NCBI GenBank assembly: GCA_041664285.1 | Contig: JBAYLA010000002.1 | Span: forward strand, 1,349-65,348 | Length of the DNA stretch: 64,000 bases | From: Minisyncoccota bacterium | GTDB lineage: Bacteria; Patescibacteriota; Minisyncoccia; Phycocordibacterales; UBA9973 | Reading direction: 5' to 3' | Position numbers and translations under genes: made by a program | Shown: positions 29,066-38,877 of the stretch, one piece after another | How the letters are laid out: every line of letters starts with the position of its first letter | Position numbering within the stretch: the stretch's first letter is position 1 | The notes under the pieces: generated by a model | What the model saw: only the letters and a program-made list of their open reading frames with translations | The model's database searches: none | Told to the model about the DNA's origin: nothing

Positions 29066-29917
29066 TCTAATTTCTCCTATTTCCTCTTTTATTAATCCTT
29101 TAATTTCCATTACAGACAAGAGAGCGTTAGCTGTAGGTGTCGACATTTTTAACGCACGGATTAAATCATCTCGAGACATTGGTTCCCGTAATAAATCTGC
29201 AACTTTTTTCTCTTCAGGGAGTAAATCAAAAAATAATTTTGCTTGCCTTTCTTTATTTTTTGGAAGTTCAAAACCAAGAGCTTCTAAAACATCTTCCGAA
29301 CAAGTGACGGGTGTTGCGCCTTGATGTAACAATTTATTTACACCTTTAGAATTGGGAGAAAAGATTGATCCAGGTACAACTAATAAATCTCTATTATATT
29401 CTGTGGTTAAACGGGCAGTGATAAGCGTTCCAGACTTTTCTTCTGCTTCTATAATAAGTACTGCTTTTGAAATTCCTGCCATCAACCTGTTTCTTCTTGC
29501 AAAGCCCCATAAGGTTGCCTTGAAGTCTGGTTCAAATTCTGAAATTAAACATCCACCACTTTTAATAATTTCTTCTGCTAATTTTGCATTTGTTTTTGGA
29601 TACATAGCTTCTCTTGATAATCCTGATCCAGGAAATACTAAAACTTTTAATCCAACAGCTAAAGCTTTTTGGTGGGCAATAGCATCAATGCCCATAGCCA
29701 GTCCAGAAACTATCACTATTGGGTAATCTTTCAAGCCTGCAATTATCTTTTCACACGCTTCACGACCGTAACTAGTGTTTTTTCGTGAACCGACGATACA
29801 TAAATGTATTAAATGTTCTTCTGGTAACTCACCAATTATCCAAAGATTTTCTGGAGGTTGAGGAATTTCTAAAAGTGCTTTTGGGAATTTATTTTTTGGT
29901 AATTTTTTTATTTGCAT
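29057..29917 (-). CDS. dprA: DNA-protecting protein DprA
   Basis: IVGSR, VSGLAMGID..AH, RRNR, SGTLITA, VPGSI. Confidence 0.96.
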   Translation of the reverse strand: MQIKKLPKNKFPKALLEIPQPPENLWIIGELPEEHLIHLCIVGSRKNTSYGREACEKIIAGLKDYPIVIVSGLAMGIDAIAHQKALAVGLKVLVFPGSGLSREAMYPKTNAKLAEEIIKSGGCLISEFEPDFKATLWGFARRNRLMAGISKAVLIIEAEEKSGTLITARLTTEYNRDLLVVPGSIFSPNSKGVNKLLHQGATPVTCSEDVLEALGFELPKNKERQAKLFFDLLPEEKKVADLLREPMSRDDLIRALKMSTPTANALLSVMEIKGLIKEEIGEIRLM

Positions 29918-29941
29918 AAAAATATATACTCAGTATGTCTT

Positions 29942-30085
29942 TTATAAAGCAATCTATCTGGCGAAGCTTCGGGAGCGTTCTGCTCGTCAATCAAGAAAAT
30001 AATAAATGGAATACCATTTTTATTTTCTAATTTCCCGCGCAAGGCTTTCTAAAAAACATACTTTCGCTATATTTTGCAATTATAA
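29942..30085. repeat. Putative multi-stem MITE-like element between divergent dprA and serS
   Basis: Imperfect terminal inverted repeats (GCAA..TAT..GGCGAA / TTCGCTATATTTTGC) and inner hairpin AGAAAATAATAAATGG-aata-CCATTTTTATTTTCT. Confidence 0.5.
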
Positions 30086-30102
30086 CAATATTTATATATA
30101 AT

Positions 30103-30146
30103 ACTAGAATAGCACTAGAAACTATAATCTAGAAGCTAGAACCTAA
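30103..30146 (+). repeat. Heptamer (CTAG) array upstream of serS
   Basis: ctagaat..ctagaaa ctataat ctagaag ctagaac ctaa then tttATG. Confidence 0.75.
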
Positions 30147-30149
30147 TTT

Positions 30150-31418
30150 ATGTTAGACATAAAATTTATTCGTGAGAACAAAGACATTGTGGAAGCGGGT
30201 GCGAAAAAGAAACATATAGAGATAGATATTGAAAAATTAATTTCTCTAGATGATGAACGCTTAAAGACACTTAAAGAAGTGGAAGATCTTCGTAGTGAAG
30301 TTAATAAAGTTTCAAACGATATTGCTCGTGATCAAGATCCTGCGCTTAAAATTCAGCTGATCGAAGAAATGCGAGTAGTTAAAGACGATATTAAAACTAA
30401 AGAAGAAAAACTTAAAAAAATAATTGAAGAATGGCAAAAGCTTATGGTTCAAGTACCCAATGTACCAGATATTTCTGTGCCAGACGGGGATTGTGATGAA
30501 AACAATCTTGAATTTCGCACATGGGGAGAGAAACCACAATTTTCTTTCACTCCTAAAAATCATACAGAGCTTATGCTCTCTCACGATATGGCAGATTATG
30601 AAAGAGGGAGCAAGGTAGCAGGTTTCCGTGGATATTTTATGAAAAATGATGGAGCCCGTTTACAATGGGCGCTTATGCATTTTGTGGAGGATCATTTTAT
30701 GAACAAACAAGATTTTACGCCAATGATAGTGCCTTCACTCACTAGGCGTGAACCTTTCGTCGGTACAGGATATTTACCTCAGAGTGAAGAAGATTTATAC
30801 AAAACTCAAGATGGTGAATATCTTGCTGGAACAGCCGAAGTATCTACGATGGGTTATTACATGAATGAAATAATTGATAAAAAAAATCTTCCCATTAAAT
30901 TTTTCTCTTTTTCTCCATGTTTTCGTCGTGAAGCGGGGAGTCATGGGAAAGACACCAAAGGAATATTCAGAATTCATGAATTTATGAAATATGAACAAGT
31001 TGTTTTGTGTGAAGCTAATCACGAAGAGTCTGTGCGTTTTCATGAAGAATTAACTGCAAACTCAGAAGCTCTTTTACAAGAGTTAGGACTTCCTTATCGG
31101 GTAGTTGTAAATTGTGGAGGGGACTTAGGTCTTGGTCAAGTAAAAAAATATGACATAGAAGCTTGGATGCCAAGTGATAATAAATACAGAGAAACACATT
31201 CTTCTTCATATTTTCACGATTTTCAAACTAGAAGACTAGGAATTAGATATAAAGACGATAATGGTAAATTGCATTTCGCACATTCTTTGAACAATACTGC
31301 TCTTGCTATGCCTCGAATAATTTGTCAGATAGTTGAAAACTACCAACAAGCTGACGGTTCTATAAAAATTCCAGAAGTTTTACGTAAATATATGGGAGGG
31401 AGGGAATTTATAAAGTAA
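30150..31418 (+). CDS. serS: Seryl-tRNA synthetase
   Basis: MLDIKFIREN, GTAE, CFRREAG, HSLNNTALA.PR. Confidence 0.98.
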   Translation: MLDIKFIRENKDIVEAGAKKKHIEIDIEKLISLDDERLKTLKEVEDLRSEVNKVSNDIARDQDPALKIQLIEEMRVVKDDIKTKEEKLKKIIEEWQKLMVQVPNVPDISVPDGDCDENNLEFRTWGEKPQFSFTPKNHTELMLSHDMADYERGSKVAGFRGYFMKNDGARLQWALMHFVEDHFMNKQDFTPMIVPSLTRREPFVGTGYLPQSEEDLYKTQDGEYLAGTAEVSTMGYYMNEIIDKKNLPIKFFSFSPCFRREAGSHGKDTKGIFRIHEFMKYEQVVLCEANHEESVRFHEELTANSEALLQELGLPYRVVVNCGGDLGLGQVKKYDIEAWMPSDNKYRETHSSSYFHDFQTRRLGIRYKDDNGKLHFAHSLNNTALAMPRIICQIVENYQQADGSIKIPEVLRKYMGGREFIK

Positions 31419-31437
31419 AGCTGTTTCGTTAAATCTA

Positions 31438-32289
31438 ATGCAAAAAAGAAACGTTTTAAATTCTCCGCGTCTTTTGGAATTAAAAAAACATCGGCGGAGA
31501 GTTGTTTTAATTAAAATTTTTATGTCCCTGCTCGCATTTTCGGTGGTTTTTTTCCTATTAGCTTATTTTTCTAATTTAAAAAGTTTAAATATTAGTAATG
31601 TTGAAATCACTGGTAATAAGGTAATAGATACAGAAGCTTTACAAGGAACGGTGGAAGAGCAAATAACTGGAAAATATCTTTGGCTTTTTCCGAAAACAAA
31701 CATTTTACTTTATCCTAAAAATAGTATAAAAAATACACTTCAAGAAAAATTTAAAAGACTGAATAATATGAATTTATCAATTAAAAATAATACCTTAGAA
31801 GTCTCTCTAGGTGAACGCACTGCGAAATATACTTGGTGTGGTACTGAATCCCCAGAAGCACCTCTCCAAAACCAGCAATGTTATTTTGTTGACGAAGATG
31901 GTTATGTTTTTGATGAGGCTCCTTATTTTTCTGGTGAAGTTTATTTTAAATTTTATGGTGTTCAATCCGAATCTTATTTTTATAAGCAGAATTTTAAACA
32001 ATTAATTGCTTTTAAGGATATCCTTATCGGCTTAGATTTGAAACCTATTATTCTATATGTCGCAAACAATGGTGATGTAGAAATATTTCTTTCCAAAGGT
32101 ATATCTTCAGTTTCAACTATTGGGCCTAAAATTATTTTTAAATTAAATGCTGATTTTGAAAATGTTGCGGAGAATCTAGGCGCAGCCTTGAATAATGAAC
32201 CATTAAAGTCAAAATTCAAAAATAAATATTCCTCACTTTTATATGTTGATTTACGATTTGGAAATAAAGTTTATGATAAATTCCAGTAA
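31438..32289 (+). CDS. FtsQ/DivIB-like cell division protein
   Basis: Basic N-terminus, single TM, POTRA-like I.NVEITGN, C-terminal YVDLRFGNKVY. Confidence 0.75.
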   Translation: MQKRNVLNSPRLLELKKHRRRVVLIKIFMSLLAFSVVFFLLAYFSNLKSLNISNVEITGNKVIDTEALQGTVEEQITGKYLWLFPKTNILLYPKNSIKNTLQEKFKRLNNMNLSIKNNTLEVSLGERTAKYTWCGTESPEAPLQNQQCYFVDEDGYVFDEAPYFSGEVYFKFYGVQSESYFYKQNFKQLIAFKDILIGLDLKPIILYVANNGDVEIFLSKGISSVSTIGPKIIFKLNADFENVAENLGAALNNEPLKSKFKNKYSSLLYVDLRFGNKVYDKFQ

Positions 32290-32294
32290 GACAT

Positions 32295-33296
32295 ATGAAT
32301 AATTTTTGGCATAAATTAGATAGGCCATTTTTCTGCTTGGCTCCAATGTCAGATGTTACAGATATTGCTTTTCGTTACATTTTGGCAAAATATGGCAAAA
32401 ATAGAGAAAATAAAAATAGAATTGTTTTCTGGACAGAGTTTATTTCTGCAGATGGTTTGTGTAATAAGCTTGCCAGGAAAAAATTATCACATATATTAAA
32501 ATATTCAGAATCTGAAAGGCCGATTGTGGCTCAGGTTTTCGGAGCAAATCCGGAAAATATGAAAAAAGCTTGTCAGTATATTGCTAGTCTTGGTTTTGAT
32601 GGAATAGATATAAATATGGGTTGTCCAGATAAATCTGTTATTAGCCAAGGAGCTGGATCTGCTTTAATAAAAACTCCACAACTTGCAAGAAAGATCATTG
32701 AAGCTGCGCATGCCGGTATAGAGGCTACTGGTTCGCATATTCCTGTATCAGTCAAAACGAGAATTGGTTTTAATAAAGAAGAAATAGATAAATGGATTCC
32801 TGAGTTAGTAAAAAAAGATATCTCTGCTCTAACAATTCATTTACGTACCACTAAAGAACTTTCACTTGTTCCCGCAAACTGGAATCATCTTAAAAAAATA
32901 AAAGAACTTATTAAAAAGAGTGGGGAAAAGATCTTACTTATTGGTAATGGAGATATTGTAGATATGAAGGATGGAGAAAGTAAAGCCAAAGAATATGGCT
33001 GTGATGGAGTAATGATAGGCCGGGGAGTTTTTGGTAATCCATTTTTCTTTTCGGGAGAAAAAAATCAAAATATTTCAACGGAAGAAAGATTAAAAATCTT
33101 AGTGGAACATACTCAAATTTTTGACAAAGAACTCTCTAAGCCTAAATATAAAAATTTTGCTGTGATGAAAAAACATTTTAAGGCTTATGTGCATGGTTTT
33201 GATGGGGCGAAAGAGCTTCGAGTGAAACTAATGGAAACTGAAAATGCCAAACAAGTAGAAAAAATAGTAAAGAAATTTTTAGAAAGAAAAAATTAA
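32295..33296 (+). CDS. tRNA-dihydrouridine synthase
   Basis: LAPMSDVTD, DINMGCP, VSVKTRIG, GNGDI, GVMIGRG. Confidence 0.95.
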   Translation: MNNFWHKLDRPFFCLAPMSDVTDIAFRYILAKYGKNRENKNRIVFWTEFISADGLCNKLARKKLSHILKYSESERPIVAQVFGANPENMKKACQYIASLGFDGIDINMGCPDKSVISQGAGSALIKTPQLARKIIEAAHAGIEATGSHIPVSVKTRIGFNKEEIDKWIPELVKKDISALTIHLRTTKELSLVPANWNHLKKIKELIKKSGEKILLIGNGDIVDMKDGESKAKEYGCDGVMIGRGVFGNPFFFSGEKNQNISTEERLKILVEHTQIFDKELSKPKYKNFAVMKKHFKAYVHGFDGAKELRVKLMETENAKQVEKIVKKFLERKN

Positions 33297-33340
33297 AACT
33301 TTGATTTTAATTTTTTCTTATTTTAAGGTATACTACTTTT

Positions 33341-34384
33341 ATGCACGATTTAGCTTTATATCGTAAATATAGGCCGAAAACTTTCAAGGAAGTCTTGGGC
33401 CAAGACCATATTGTAAAGGTATTAGCGAGCTCGGTGGAGACCAATAAGGTTTCTCATGCTTATCTTTTTGTGGGTTCGCGAGGCACTGGTAAGACTTCGG
33501 TGGCTAGGATTTTTGCGACCAATATCGGTGTATCAGTTAACGACCTTTATGAAATAGATGCTGCTTCTAATAGAGGAATTGAGGATATTAAAGAATTACG
33601 TAATGGTGTCCGAGTATTGCCCTTTGATTCAAAATATAAAGTTTATATCATTGATGAAGTTCATATGCTGTCTAAAGATGCTTGGGGAGCGCTTCTAAAA
33701 ACCTTAGAAGAACCACCGAAACATGTGATTTTTATTTTAGCTACGACTGAATTTCACAAAGTCCCAGAAACAATTATTTCTCGTTGTCAGGTTTTTACAT
33801 TTAAAAAAGCTTCTGACGCCATTAACAGGAAAATGTTATTGGATATTGGTAAAAAAGAAGGCTTTGAACTAGATGCTGGAGGAGCAGAACTATTAGCTAT
33901 TTTGGCAGATGGATCATTCCGTGATGCATTAGGAGAACTTCAAAAAATTATAAACTTTAGCAAGGGCAAAAAAGTTACCAGAGAAGACGTGGAGAAAATA
34001 ACCGGTGCACCGAAGACGACCCTGGTAAATGATTTTATCTCCGCTATTGTTGAGAAAGATTTAGAAAAGGGAATATCCGTTGTCCGAAATGCATCTTTAG
34101 CGAATTTGGATATGAAATTATATTTTAAACTTATAATCCAAAAGTTTCGGATGGCTATAATTTTACGCTATGCTCCAAAATTAGAAAAGGAAATGGCAGG
34201 GGATTTAGGGGAAACAGATTTAGAATTTTTGAAGGAGTTAATTAAAAAAGACAAGGAGGGCATGCTTCGATCAGGGGCACTGTCTATTTTACTTGAAGCA
34301 TATCAAAGCATGGATAATGCGTTTATTACCGAATTACCACTAGAACTTGCTCTTGTGAAGATAATATCTATTGCAAAATCTTAA
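33341..34384 (+). CDS. dnaX: DNA polymerase III subunit gamma/tau
   Basis: LYRKYRP, GSRGTGKT, EIDAASN, DEVHML, LKTLEEPP, SRC. Confidence 0.97.
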   Translation: MHDLALYRKYRPKTFKEVLGQDHIVKVLASSVETNKVSHAYLFVGSRGTGKTSVARIFATNIGVSVNDLYEIDAASNRGIEDIKELRNGVRVLPFDSKYKVYIIDEVHMLSKDAWGALLKTLEEPPKHVIFILATTEFHKVPETIISRCQVFTFKKASDAINRKMLLDIGKKEGFELDAGGAELLAILADGSFRDALGELQKIINFSKGKKVTREDVEKITGAPKTTLVNDFISAIVEKDLEKGISVVRNASLANLDMKLYFKLIIQKFRMAIILRYAPKLEKEMAGDLGETDLEFLKELIKKDKEGMLRSGALSILLEAYQSMDNAFITELPLELALVKIISIAKS

Positions 34385-34958
34385 GAGCTTCCTTTAAAGT
34401 CTCACTATCGTTTTTAAATACGGGATAATTATATTTTTCAGCTTCTTTCTTAAAATATGGCTGGTCGCCCAAGAAAAGAGCAACTGATTGCAATTCAAGC
34501 TCTTCACTGTCCCATTCAGGCCTTTCTTTGTTTGCTTCTATCACCTCTTTAAGATTTATTCCGATAATCACTACACAAGGAAAATCTAGATCTTGATGGA
34601 CTAAGTGTGGCAACATACCAACACCCTCAAAAATGACGGGACGCTCCTCGTCTTTATAACTATTTATTTTTTCCAACACTCCTTCCCACAATTGTTCAGA
34701 TTGAGTAACAAGGTTTTTCCACTGTTGATTATAAGGCGTTTTTATATAATACGCCCTCTTGTTTTTGTCTTTCCAAAAATATGTAGTAGCGGTGTATTTT
34801 GGATTTGATCTAAGATAATTTCGAATTTCTTCACTGGAGACACAAATTCCCCCGACTGCTTCCGCAAGCTGTTTTGCTAAGTTTGTTTTACCAATAGTTG
34901 GTATTCCAGTTATAATTAATCTTTTCCCCTTATGCTGTACTTTATTTTTTGTTTCCAT
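34368..34958 (-). CDS. P-loop kinase-like protein
   Basis: Walker A GIPTIGKT and Walker B-like VIFEG. Confidence 0.75.
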   Translation of the reverse strand: METKNKVQHKGKRLIITGIPTIGKTNLAKQLAEAVGGICVSSEEIRNYLRSNPKYTATTYFWKDKNKRAYYIKTPYNQQWKNLVTQSEQLWEGVLEKINSYKDEERPVIFEGVGMLPHLVHQDLDFPCVVIIGINLKEVIEANKERPEWDSEELELQSVALFLGDQPYFKKEAEKYNYPVFKNDSETLKEALKILQ

Positions 34959-35092
34959 AAATAAATTTTAATATATAAATATGATTATATCAAATTTGTA
35001 TGCATAAATTATACCACTTATGATTTTAATAGCCAACTAATATATAGATTTTTGTTAAGATTCATGCTATAAATTAAGTGTTTTAAAGATAT

Positions 35093-35166
35093 TGGGAGAT
35101 CGTCTAACGGTAGGACAGCGGCCTTTGAAGCCGTGAATCTTGGTTCGATTCCAAGTCTCCCAGCCA
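35093..35166 (+). tRNA. tRNA-Gln (TTG), encoded CCA
   Basis: TGGGAGA/TCTCCCA acceptor, GCGGC-CTTTGAA-GCCGT anticodon arm, GGTTCGATTCC, ends GCCA. Confidence 0.96.
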
Positions 35167-35221
35167 CCTCGAGCGCGTCTCGAACGCTCTAGATGCTTAG
35201 AAATCATTATTAATAAATAAT

Positions 35222-36085
35222 ATGGATCAAGTCTCAGCATTAACATTAATAAATTTATCAAAAGACATAGCACAGCTTAATTTAGGATATTTAGGAATAT
35301 CAGTGGCCATTTTGGGTGTACTTGGTGTGGTTTTTGTTTATTTCAATTTAAATCCATTAAAGGAAACCTTAAGTAAACAAGAGAAAAAAATTGAAGATTT
35401 AAAAACAGAAGCACATGATTTATTAAATCAATCAAAGGAGCAGTCTGAAAAAACTCTCGATGATTTTAAAATAAATCAATCCAATATGGTGACTTCAATT
35501 TTTAAACAACAAAAAAATGAAATCGATCTAGAAACAAAAAATAAAATTCAAGAATCTTATACTATATTGTTAGAAAAAATAGAAAGTATTTCAGAAGACA
35601 AGGACACAAAACTTAAAGAAATTATTATATCTGAAGCTAATAATAGTTTAGCTAATTTAGACAAAGATCTTACTGCAAAAATAAGCGCCATGAAAGAAGA
35701 TATTCTCAAAGAAGTTAAGGCGATAAATACTGGATTTAAAGCAAGAATAAAAGAACTGGATGAGAAAATTAAAGAATTACAAGTTTATAAGTATAGTAAA
35801 GAGGGACAAATGGGCGCAATAATTTATTCCATTGAATTGCTTGAAAATGCTATAGATGATTATCTAGAATTCAAAAAAATACTTAAAGGAGTTCCATTTA
35901 ACGCTGAAACACATGGTTGGAAAATTAATCTTAGAATAGAAGGATTAATAAAAGAAATTGGTGATCTTCCTGTTGAACAAGAATATATTTCAAAAATTAA
36001 TTTACAATTAACAAAAATTGAAAACGAATCTATTTTTAAAAATTTAATTGACAAACTCAGGAAAAAACTTTTACCTGTGGCATAA
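35222..36085 (+). CDS. Hypothetical single-TM coiled-coil protein (cassette 1)
   Basis: Hydrophobic N-terminal segment followed by long charged helical region. Confidence 0.8.
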   Translation: MDQVSALTLINLSKDIAQLNLGYLGISVAILGVLGVVFVYFNLNPLKETLSKQEKKIEDLKTEAHDLLNQSKEQSEKTLDDFKINQSNMVTSIFKQQKNEIDLETKNKIQESYTILLEKIESISEDKDTKLKEIIISEANNSLANLDKDLTAKISAMKEDILKEVKAINTGFKARIKELDEKIKELQVYKYSKEGQMGAIIYSIELLENAIDDYLEFKKILKGVPFNAETHGWKINLRIEGLIKEIGDLPVEQEYISKINLQLTKIENESIFKNLIDKLRKKLLPVA

Positions 36086-36092
36086 ACTGGAT

Positions 36093-36188
36093 ACTCTAGA
36101 CGCGTCGTTTTGGTATAATAAAATAGAGCAGGGAAGCTTTACAGGGTAATGAATTGTACGGTTCTGTCACGAGACCGCCAGCCAGCAC
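36093..36188 (+). repeat. ~95-bp repeat unit R1 (extended -10, three hairpins, CCAGCCAGCA)
   Basis: Aligns with 38878-38973 with few mismatches; ends like the tRNA-Gln 3' end. Confidence 0.9.
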
Positions 36189-36219
36189 TTGTTAGGTTAA
36201 TAAATAGTATACTTAACTT

Positions 36220-36710
36220 ATGGAACCACTTTTTTCTGAAATCAAAAAATCTCTAGAAGATGGAAATTTTTATGCTGCGCTTTTTATGGTTCTGACTATC
36301 CCTGATATTTGTTTGTCTGTAAAAATGGGTAAGCACGCTGGGCAAGACTATGAAGAATGGTTTAATAATAATTTATCAAGATATAAAGGATACATGACGG
36401 GTAAAGATTGCTATGCTTTTAGGTGTGCTATCTTACACGAAGGATCAGATAATGTTTTATCTCAGTCAAAGAAAGATATAATTGATAAATTTGAAATTTT
36501 ATCTAAAAAAGAATCTTCTCATTTAATTTATATGGGGGCAATAAGTATAACGGGATTTTACAACCAACAAAATTAATTATAAATTTACATATTTTTTGCA
36601 ACGACATTATGAATTCTTCACAAAAATTTATTAGTGACAATAACCTAAATGCCAGAAATATTGTAGATATTAAAAGTAAATATAATGACGGATTTATAAG
36701 TATTGGTTAG
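36220..36710 (+). pseudogene. HEPN-like protein with a -1 frameshift near 36556 (cassette 2)
   Basis: RCAILH (Rx4H) motif; reading continues in the -1 frame LQPTKLIINLHIFCNDIMNSSQKF...ISIG to TAG at 36710, just before the next repeat. Confidence 0.65.
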
Positions 36711-36716
36711 ATAAAA

Positions 36717-36750
36717 CGACTCCGATATCATTCCAGACTGCCAGCCAGCA
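36717..36750 (+). repeat. Short repeat R2 resembling tRNA-Gln 3' end
   Basis: CGACTCCGATATCATTCCAGACTGCCAGCCAGCA. Confidence 0.85.
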
Positions 36751-36772
36751 CTTTTTAAGCTATAATTAAATT

Positions 36773-37078
36773 ATGAAGAAAGTTATTTTTAAAAAAGATA
36801 AATATAAAAAAGCTAGAGGAGGTTATTCAAGACTTTTGAATATTTTTTGTAGAAAATGTGGCAAACAAATTTGTCAGTATCAGAAAGATGGTCAAGGAAA
36901 TTTAAGAAGAATGTATATTGATAGAATCTCGGGAAAGAAAGTTCCTATCTTGGGAAAAAATTTGAGTTGTCCTGAAGGACACACACTAGGAATAAAAATT
37001 ATTTACGAAAAAGAGAATCGTCCAGCATTTCGATTATTTGTTGATTCAGTGACAAAAAAGATCGTTAAATTACATTAA
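36773..37078 (+). CDS. Small Zn-ribbon-like hypothetical protein (cassette 3)
   Basis: CRKC...YQKDG.G.LRRMY.DRI...CPEGH. Confidence 0.8.
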   Translation: MKKVIFKKDKYKKARGGYSRLLNIFCRKCGKQICQYQKDGQGNLRRMYIDRISGKKVPILGKNLSCPEGHTLGIKIIYEKENRPAFRLFVDSVTKKIVKLH

Positions 37079-37080
37079 TA

Positions 37081-37114
37081 GCGGTTCCAACGTCATTCCA
37101 GACACCCAGCCAGC
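37081..37114 (+). repeat. Short repeat R3 resembling tRNA-Gln 3' end
   Basis: GGTTCcaacgtcATTCCAgacaCCCAGCCAgca vs tRNA GGTTCgATTCCAagtctCCCAGCCA. Confidence 0.85.
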
Positions 37115-37120
37115 ATTTTT

Positions 37121-38380
37121 ATGAGAATTGAGAAAAAAACTTTTGAATCACTTAAGATAAGAAACTACAGATTATATTTTATTGGTCAATCTATTTCTTT
37201 ACCTGGAACTTGGATGCAGACAGTTGCTCAATCTTGGCTTGTATTAAAATTAACTGGTTCTGGTACAGCCTTGGGGCTTGTCCTTGCCTTACAATATTTG
37301 CCGATGCTTATTCTTGGACCCTGGGGAGGACTTTTAGTAGATAGATTTCCAAAAAGAAAATTATTATTTTTTACCCAATCCGCTTATGGTATATTCGCTT
37401 TAATTTTGGGAATTTTAGTACTTATAGGTACAGTACAGTTATGGATGATTTATATCTTTGCTTTTTGTTTGGGTTTGATAAATACAGTAGATAATCCGAC
37501 ACGACAGACTTTCGCTGTTGAAATGGTAAGTAAGGACAAGTTACATAATGCTATTGTTTTAAATTCAATTGAAATAAATCTCGCTCGAGTTGTTGGGCCT
37601 GCCCTAGCTGGTATTTTAATCTTATCTGTTGGAATTGGATTTTGTTTTATCCTAAATGCAATTTCTTTTATAGGGGTCATCATTTCTTTGTCTATGATGC
37701 ACTCAAAAGAATTATTCCCTTCTCCTCTGGTAAAAAAGAAAAAAGGACAAGTTATAGAAGGCCTAAAATATGTGAAAAACTCTCCAGTAATTAAAGACAC
37801 GATTATTATGATGGCAATCATTGGAACTTTGACTTATGAATTTAGTGTCAGTTTGCCACTTTTGACACAATCTACTTTTCATGGAGATGCAGGAACTTTT
37901 ACATTACTGACTTCTTCTATTGGAATAGGTGCAGTCATCGGTGGATTATTTATTGCTAGTCGTAAAAAAACTGGTTCTGTGACTATTGTTACTGGAGCTT
38001 TTTTCTTAGGACTTTTTGTTTTAGGTGCCTCAATGGCTCAAAATATCTTGATGGCGATTTTGTTGTTAATAGGAGTTGGCTTTTTTTCTATCTATTTTAA
38101 TTCTTCAGGAAATACTACAATTCAACTTGAAAGTTCTCCTTCTATGCGAGGCAGGGTCATGGCTCTTTGGGCAGTGGCATCTCTCGGTTCAACTCCAATA
38201 GGGAGCCCAATCATTGGTTGGGTCGGAGAACATATGGGAGCTAGATACTGCGTGGCTCTAGGAGGGGTAGCTGCAATTGTAGCTGCTTTGTTCGGGGCAA
38301 TACAATTAAAAAGAGGTAAATATCTAGAAGTACAGGAAAAAGAAATAGAGGAAACCGATATTTCTGTGCCAAAGATTTAA
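37121..38380 (+). CDS. MFS transporter (cassette 4)
   Basis: GTWMQTVAQSWLV, GLLVDRFPKR, DNPTRQ, MRGRVMA; about 12 TM. Confidence 0.92.
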   Translation: MRIEKKTFESLKIRNYRLYFIGQSISLPGTWMQTVAQSWLVLKLTGSGTALGLVLALQYLPMLILGPWGGLLVDRFPKRKLLFFTQSAYGIFALILGILVLIGTVQLWMIYIFAFCLGLINTVDNPTRQTFAVEMVSKDKLHNAIVLNSIEINLARVVGPALAGILILSVGIGFCFILNAISFIGVIISLSMMHSKELFPSPLVKKKKGQVIEGLKYVKNSPVIKDTIIMMAIIGTLTYEFSVSLPLLTQSTFHGDAGTFTLLTSSIGIGAVIGGLFIASRKKTGSVTIVTGAFFLGLFVLGASMAQNILMAILLLIGVGFFSIYFNSSGNTTIQLESSPSMRGRVMALWAVASLGSTPIGSPIIGWVGEHMGARYCVALGGVAAIVAALFGAIQLKRGKYLEVQEKEIEETDISVPKI

Positions 38381-38408
38381 ATAAACAAGGACGGTCCTTG
38401 TTTATTTA
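38378..38408. repeat. Perfect 15-bp-arm palindrome (REP-like or terminator-like)
   Basis: TAAATAAACAAGGAC-G-GTCCTTGTTTATTTA. Confidence 0.9.
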
Positions 38409-38477
38409 GCAGAAGGTACTTTTAGTTTTATTTTGATATAATAGTTTTATGAAAAATAAATATGTTATTATTTAAAA

Positions 38478-38876
38478 ATGGATTTTAGTTCAACCTCACT
38501 TGGATACATTTTAGATCTGTTTGCGACTATCTTTATTGTTTTTTCCATAGTTTTCCGATCTAAAAGAAGGATAGGGGTCGACTCTGAAACTTTATATGGT
38601 GGAAATCCGTTTGTATATGAGTCACAATTGAGATCATTTTGGGATGGATGGATTGGAATAATAATCTTTTTTATAGGAACAGTACTGCATTTATTTCATT
38701 TTCAATTAGGAATTAGGAATTTTATTCTAGTTCTCATCTTAACAATAATATTGTTAATAATTTTGAGGTTAATAATAATATTCTTTATAAAAAGAGATGT
38801 TAGAAAAAGATACAAACATTATGATTCTGTAAAGAAAGCGATGGATGAAGGTAAATATGATACTTATCCCAAATAG
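38478..38876 (+). CDS. Hypothetical three-TM membrane protein (cassette 5)
   Basis: 132-aa ORF with three hydrophobic segments. Confidence 0.75.
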   Translation: MDFSSTSLGYILDLFATIFIVFSIVFRSKRRIGVDSETLYGGNPFVYESQLRSFWDGWIGIIIFFIGTVLHLFHFQLGIRNFILVLILTIILLIILRLIIIFFIKRDVRKRYKHYDSVKKAMDEGKYDTYPK

Positions 38877-38877
38877 T

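Noticed and set aside
36085-37120. Classical integron attC sites (GTTAGGT at 36191 fits GTTRRRY)
   Set aside because: No matching RYYYAAC inverse core at gene ends, other junctions lack GTTRRRY, and no intI in the window.
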